Part shown: positions 60,699 through 64,000 of the stretch, one piece after another
Layout of the letters: the number at the start of each line of letters is the position of its first letter
Position numbering within the stretch: position 1 is the first letter of the stretch
Source: Nitrosopumilus sp.
GTDB taxonomy: Archaea; Thermoproteota; Nitrososphaeria; Nitrososphaerales; Nitrosopumilaceae
NCBI GenBank assembly: GCA_965238275.1
Contig: OZ250186.1
Coordinates: 704,001-768,000, forward strand
Direction: 5' to 3'
Length of the DNA stretch: 64,000 nt
Translations under genes and position numbers: made by a program
Notes under the pieces: model-generated
Databases searched by the model: none
Told to the model about the DNA's origin: nothing
Seen by the model: the letters and a program-made list of their open reading frames with translations, nothing else

Positions 60699-62378
60699 TT
60701 GTTGTATTATCTGTCTGGACTGTTTGCTGTGGTGGTTGGCGTACTTGCAATTTCTGTTGCCCTTCCCGTTGCCTTTGGACACGGACTGGGAGGTGATCAG
60801 GCCGAACCCATCAGCTTTGAGGGCATGGAAGTCACGGTACGCACTGATATCACCCCGGCAGACCTCACGATCGGGAGCATAGACGATGTCAACCTGAAGA
60901 TCAGATTCTTTGATCTTTTGACAGACAATACGCTGGATCAGGTGACATACAGGGTGGAGGTCTGGAAGACTGAGGATCTGCTTGCAAGAAGCCTCTTTTA
61001 TGATACTGACGGTATACTCTATGTGAAGGTTCGTCCAGACAGTGATTGTGACGAGGCAGACCTCGACAAATGTACCGTTTACGGCGGTTCCCTGCATGTG
61101 AGTTCCCCGGGAGCGCTTTTTGTGCAAGGGACCGAATGCAATGATGAGAATGTCGATATATGTGCCAGACCAACTATTACGGGACCTGTATTTGACAAAG
61201 GCGGTCTGTACAACATCAAGATAGACATCGAGGGCGCAACCAGTCCGAAGGTGCAGGTTGCGCAGCGGCTCAGCTACGATACATTTGTCAGCATCGCACA
61301 GGAACAGGACTTTTTAATCAGTACGGCGCATGCAGAGGAAATTCCCGTGGTTGTCAAGACATACTATGACGACGTGAAAAACTTTGCATTTGATACCTCT
61401 GATAATTCCATCACGTTTGACATGCCTTTTGACTGGAGTCCAGATTATGTGAATCTGGTTCCTGTGGTACACGAGGAGATTCAGATTCCATCAAGTTTTG
61501 CACCCTATGCCGAAGGAACGCAGTTCACGGGGTATGTCAACGGGATTGAGCTTGGCCAGAGGGCGCTTCTCAACGATCCATACTCCATGGACGACACAAA
61601 CATCATTCATTTCCTGGTATCCCAGAGCGAACTGGAAAGGATCAATGCCGCCTTGGGTCCAGAACACCATGCCAACAAGAACATGAACTTCCACTTGGTC
61701 CCAATCTATGACGTATCGAAAAGCTTCACCGAATTCTTCCTTGTGGATCTGGTAAACTATGAACCAACTCAGACCAACATCCGCCTCTCATGGGATGACA
61801 CATACGGTGCAGGCCAGACAATTCCGTTCGAGTTTGCATTCCTTGATTCTGACAAACAAATAATCCCTGATGTCTGGTATGAATACTCTGTAATTGACGA
61901 ATCTGGCCAAGTATTGTTCTCATCCATTGCCGTCGATCCTAACAATCCCCTCATTTCCGCCCCCGAGGGAATCGATGTCCAAAACATTCATGTCCCAACC
62001 GAGGAGCTTCTCAGGATCGACGTTCACATAGCCGGAACAGGACTAGACCGTGATACCACATACTCTGGCATAGGTTCTGCGCTTGTAGAGATAGGTCCCG
62101 GTCAGCCTACGTCAATCCCAGAATGGATAAAGAACACCGCGGCATTTTGGGCAGATGGCACGATTGATGATGCCGCCTTCATAGGGGCAATCCAGTTTCT
62201 GATTCAACAGGGCATCATAGATCTTCCCCCAACCGAATCCGGTGACGGCTCCGGCTCAGACAAGATTCCAGAGTGGATAAAGAACACCGCGGCATTTTGG
62301 GCAGATGGCACGATTGATGACACCGCCTTCATAGGGGCAATCCAGTTTCTGGTTCAACAGGGCATCATAGCGGTTTAA
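60699..62378 (+). CDS. Secreted surface protein with two [15 protein letters not shown] repeats (thaumarchaeal family)
   Basis: Probable TTG start after a TATA box; signal AFG|HG; duplicated C-terminal SLH-like domain; paralog of 50284. Confidence 0.8.
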   Translation: MLYYLSGLFAVVVGVLAISVALPVAFGHGLGGDQAEPISFEGMEVTVRTDITPADLTIGSIDDVNLKIRFFDLLTDNTLDQVTYRVEVWKTEDLLARSLFYDTDGILYVKVRPDSDCDEADLDKCTVYGGSLHVSSPGALFVQGTECNDENVDICARPTITGPVFDKGGLYNIKIDIEGATSPKVQVAQRLSYDTFVSIAQEQDFLISTAHAEEIPVVVKTYYDDVKNFAFDTSDNSITFDMPFDWSPDYVNLVPVVHEEIQIPSSFAPYAEGTQFTGYVNGIELGQRALLNDPYSMDDTNIIHFLVSQSELERINAALGPEHHANKNMNFHLVPIYDVSKSFTEFFLVDLVNYEPTQTNIRLSWDDTYGAGQTIPFEFAFLDSDKQIIPDVWYEYSVIDESGQVLFSSIAVDPNNPLISAPEGIDVQNIHVPTEELLRIDVHIAGTGLDRDTTYSGIGSALVEIGPGQPTSIPEWIKNTAAFWADGTIDDAAFIGAIQFLIQQGIIDLPPTESGDGSGSDKIPEWIKNTAAFWADGTIDDTAFIGAIQFLVQQGIIAV

Positions 62379-62473
62379 TCCATTTTCATGCGCCCTGCAC
62401 TGTCATTCAAACAGCCTGCAGATGACCCGGCTGCATGTCATAGGTTTTTAAGGAAATTCTACAAACCCCAGAT

Positions 62474-62680
62474 GTGAGAGATATCAATGAAATAATGCCC
62501 AAGGTTCCAAACATGCGGTGGGGGGCACTGATGAATCGGCGACCAACCAGCGAGAGGATCATGGAGATGAACAGACTCTTTCCGGATAACGGCAGATGGC
62601 ATACGGTATTTGAAGAAAGCGATCAAGTCACCATCGACGGCAGGGAGATCAGAAAGGCAAACCCCCAAAGATGGATCTAG
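62474..62680 (+). CDS. Small conserved hypothetical protein
   Basis: 68 aa MRDINEIMPKVPNMRWGAL; TATA upstream. Confidence 0.65.
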   Translation: MRDINEIMPKVPNMRWGALMNRRPTSERIMEMNRLFPDNGRWHTVFEESDQVTIDGREIRKANPQRWI

Positions 62681-62779
62681 CATGCCCTGTCCAGATGGCA
62701 TGCCCAGAGACGGCCAGATTTTAAAAATACCAATGTGGTGTCTTTAGATTTTTAATAGACACGCGCCGATTCAAACCAA

Positions 62780-64000
62780 TTGACGCAGCTCTACATGTTG
62801 GCATTCCTCTCCCTGGGAATACTTCTCTTTGTGCCCGGCAGTGCGCACGGCCACGGAGATCCAACCGAGACCTTTCCCCCAGTCGAGTTGGATGGCAGGC
62901 TTGTCACCCTGGAGATATCCTCCGACCCAGCTACTGACAACGATGATCAACGCATCTCAATTTCCATGATTGACTTTGATTCCAAGATCACCCTGCGGGA
63001 TGTAACATTCCTGATAAAGTCCGAACGGGGGGAGACGTTCCTGTTCGAGCAGGAGTTTCGGGCAGACAGCGGATCCATAGTATTCAACTTTGTATCCGAG
63101 GATACGGATTCCGTGGTGGTACGGGAGGCAGAAGGAGGCCTTTTTGGTTCCCTGCTGGGACTTGACAACTACCTGTTTCATGTAAGGGGACCGAACCTCG
63201 GCAACGGAGGGCTATACAAGTTTGATGTAACCGTACTTACAGCAGACGGCTACTCCAGAACGCTTGCCGAACCACTGGTATTCAACGGCGGTGTCTCAAT
63301 TGCGCAGACTACGACGCATGCGATTGCAGATCCGAACTTTGGGAACCAAACCATCAACGTGATTACGTACTATGACGAGATATCCGGCTTTGAGTATGAC
63401 TGGGAGTCAAGGGGCATCAGATACTCGATGCCGTTTGAGTGGAGCCAGGAGAACATCGACCAGACATTGGTGGTACACGAGGAGATCTCCGTTCCGTATA
63501 CGTTTGGCGATCTGCTGGTGTCAGGATTTACTCTGTATCTGAACGGGGTTCAGATGCCTGAAGATGTGGTACAAGTTGATGACTTTTTTACCGACTGGCG
63601 GACTGTCCATTTTATCATACCCCAGAGGATTCTGTTTGAAATACTTGAGGACAACCAGGACCTTGACGGGATGGATTTTGTGATCCTGCCGGATCGCAGC
63701 TACCCGCACCTGAGATCGGTCACAGAAAACGGCCAGTTTCGGATCCTCCTACAGTGGGAGCCTGAAAATCTCGGCTCCGGCTCCGATGCAAGGATACTCT
63801 TTGATGTTACCGACATCTTCCTCAAGAACAGGCCAGTTGCCGTAAGCTACGAGTTCTCAATAACCCAGAACGGCAGGACGATCTTTGAGCAGAAGGGTAC
63901 TAGTTCAGACTCCCGCGAATCCCACAACGCTGCAGAGTTTGTCATCCCGGAGGATGTCTCGGGGATAGTGCATCTCAACTTTGAAAACCTTGCAGGCAAC
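62780..64000 (+). CDS. Secreted surface protein (paralog of 50284 and 60699), runs off the window
   Basis: Manual translation LTQLYMLAFLSLGILLFVPGSAHG|HGDPTETFPP...TYYDEI...MPFEW...VVHEEI. Confidence 0.8.
   Translation, partial: MTQLYMLAFLSLGILLFVPGSAHGHGDPTETFPPVELDGRLVTLEISSDPATDNDDQRISISMIDFDSKITLRDVTFLIKSERGETFLFEQEFRADSGSIVFNFVSEDTDSVVVREAEGGLFGSLLGLDNYLFHVRGPNLGNGGLYKFDVTVLTADGYSRTLAEPLVFNGGVSIAQTTTHAIADPNFGNQTINVITYYDEISGFEYDWESRGIRYSMPFEWSQENIDQTLVVHEEISVPYTFGDLLVSGFTLYLNGVQMPEDVVQVDDFFTDWRTVHFIIPQRILFEILEDNQDLDGMDFVILPDRSYPHLRSVTENGQFRILLQWEPENLGSGSDARILFDVTDIFLKNRPVAVSYEFSITQNGRTIFEQKGTSSDSRESHNAAEFVIPEDVSGIVHLNFENLAGN

Overview
This is an archaeal chromosome segment from an ammonia-oxidising Nitrososphaerota (Thaumarchaeota), Nitrosopumilaceae-like. 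The call rests on PEFG-CTERM and CFI-box-CTERM proteins, amt next to the A-type ATP synthase genes, grpE-dnaK-dnaJ, bacterial-type metK, cbiT, Lhr, RPA, pyrB/pyrI/pyrH and tmk. Fairly high GC, many IS elements, pseudogenes and coding tandem repeats suggest a host-associated lineage such as a sponge symbiont (inference). There are three accessory zones. (1) 4.6-9.4 kb: a PEFG-CTERM pseudogene interrupted by a 1.5-kb element that encodes only a frameshifted TnpB nuclease but has terminal inverted repeats (TIRs) and a TA duplication at a CTAG target, i.e. IS630/Tc1-like ends. Two 200-bp IS6-like MITEs then bracket three genes. (2) 23.4-28.8 kb: an island after tRNA-Leu with an integrase remnant, a TfoX-like gene, an IS66 with about 87-bp TIRs, a MazEF-type toxin-antitoxin pair, and a second diverged TnpB-element copy split by an IS481. 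(3) 50-64 kb: a cluster of secreted or membrane-anchored proteins (CopC/CopD fusion, cupredoxins with Met/acidic repeats), most with His at or next to the mature N-terminus, plus an IS5. No CRISPR array or rRNA was seen. The most notable candidate novelty is the TIR/TA-TSD-bounded TnpB element family.
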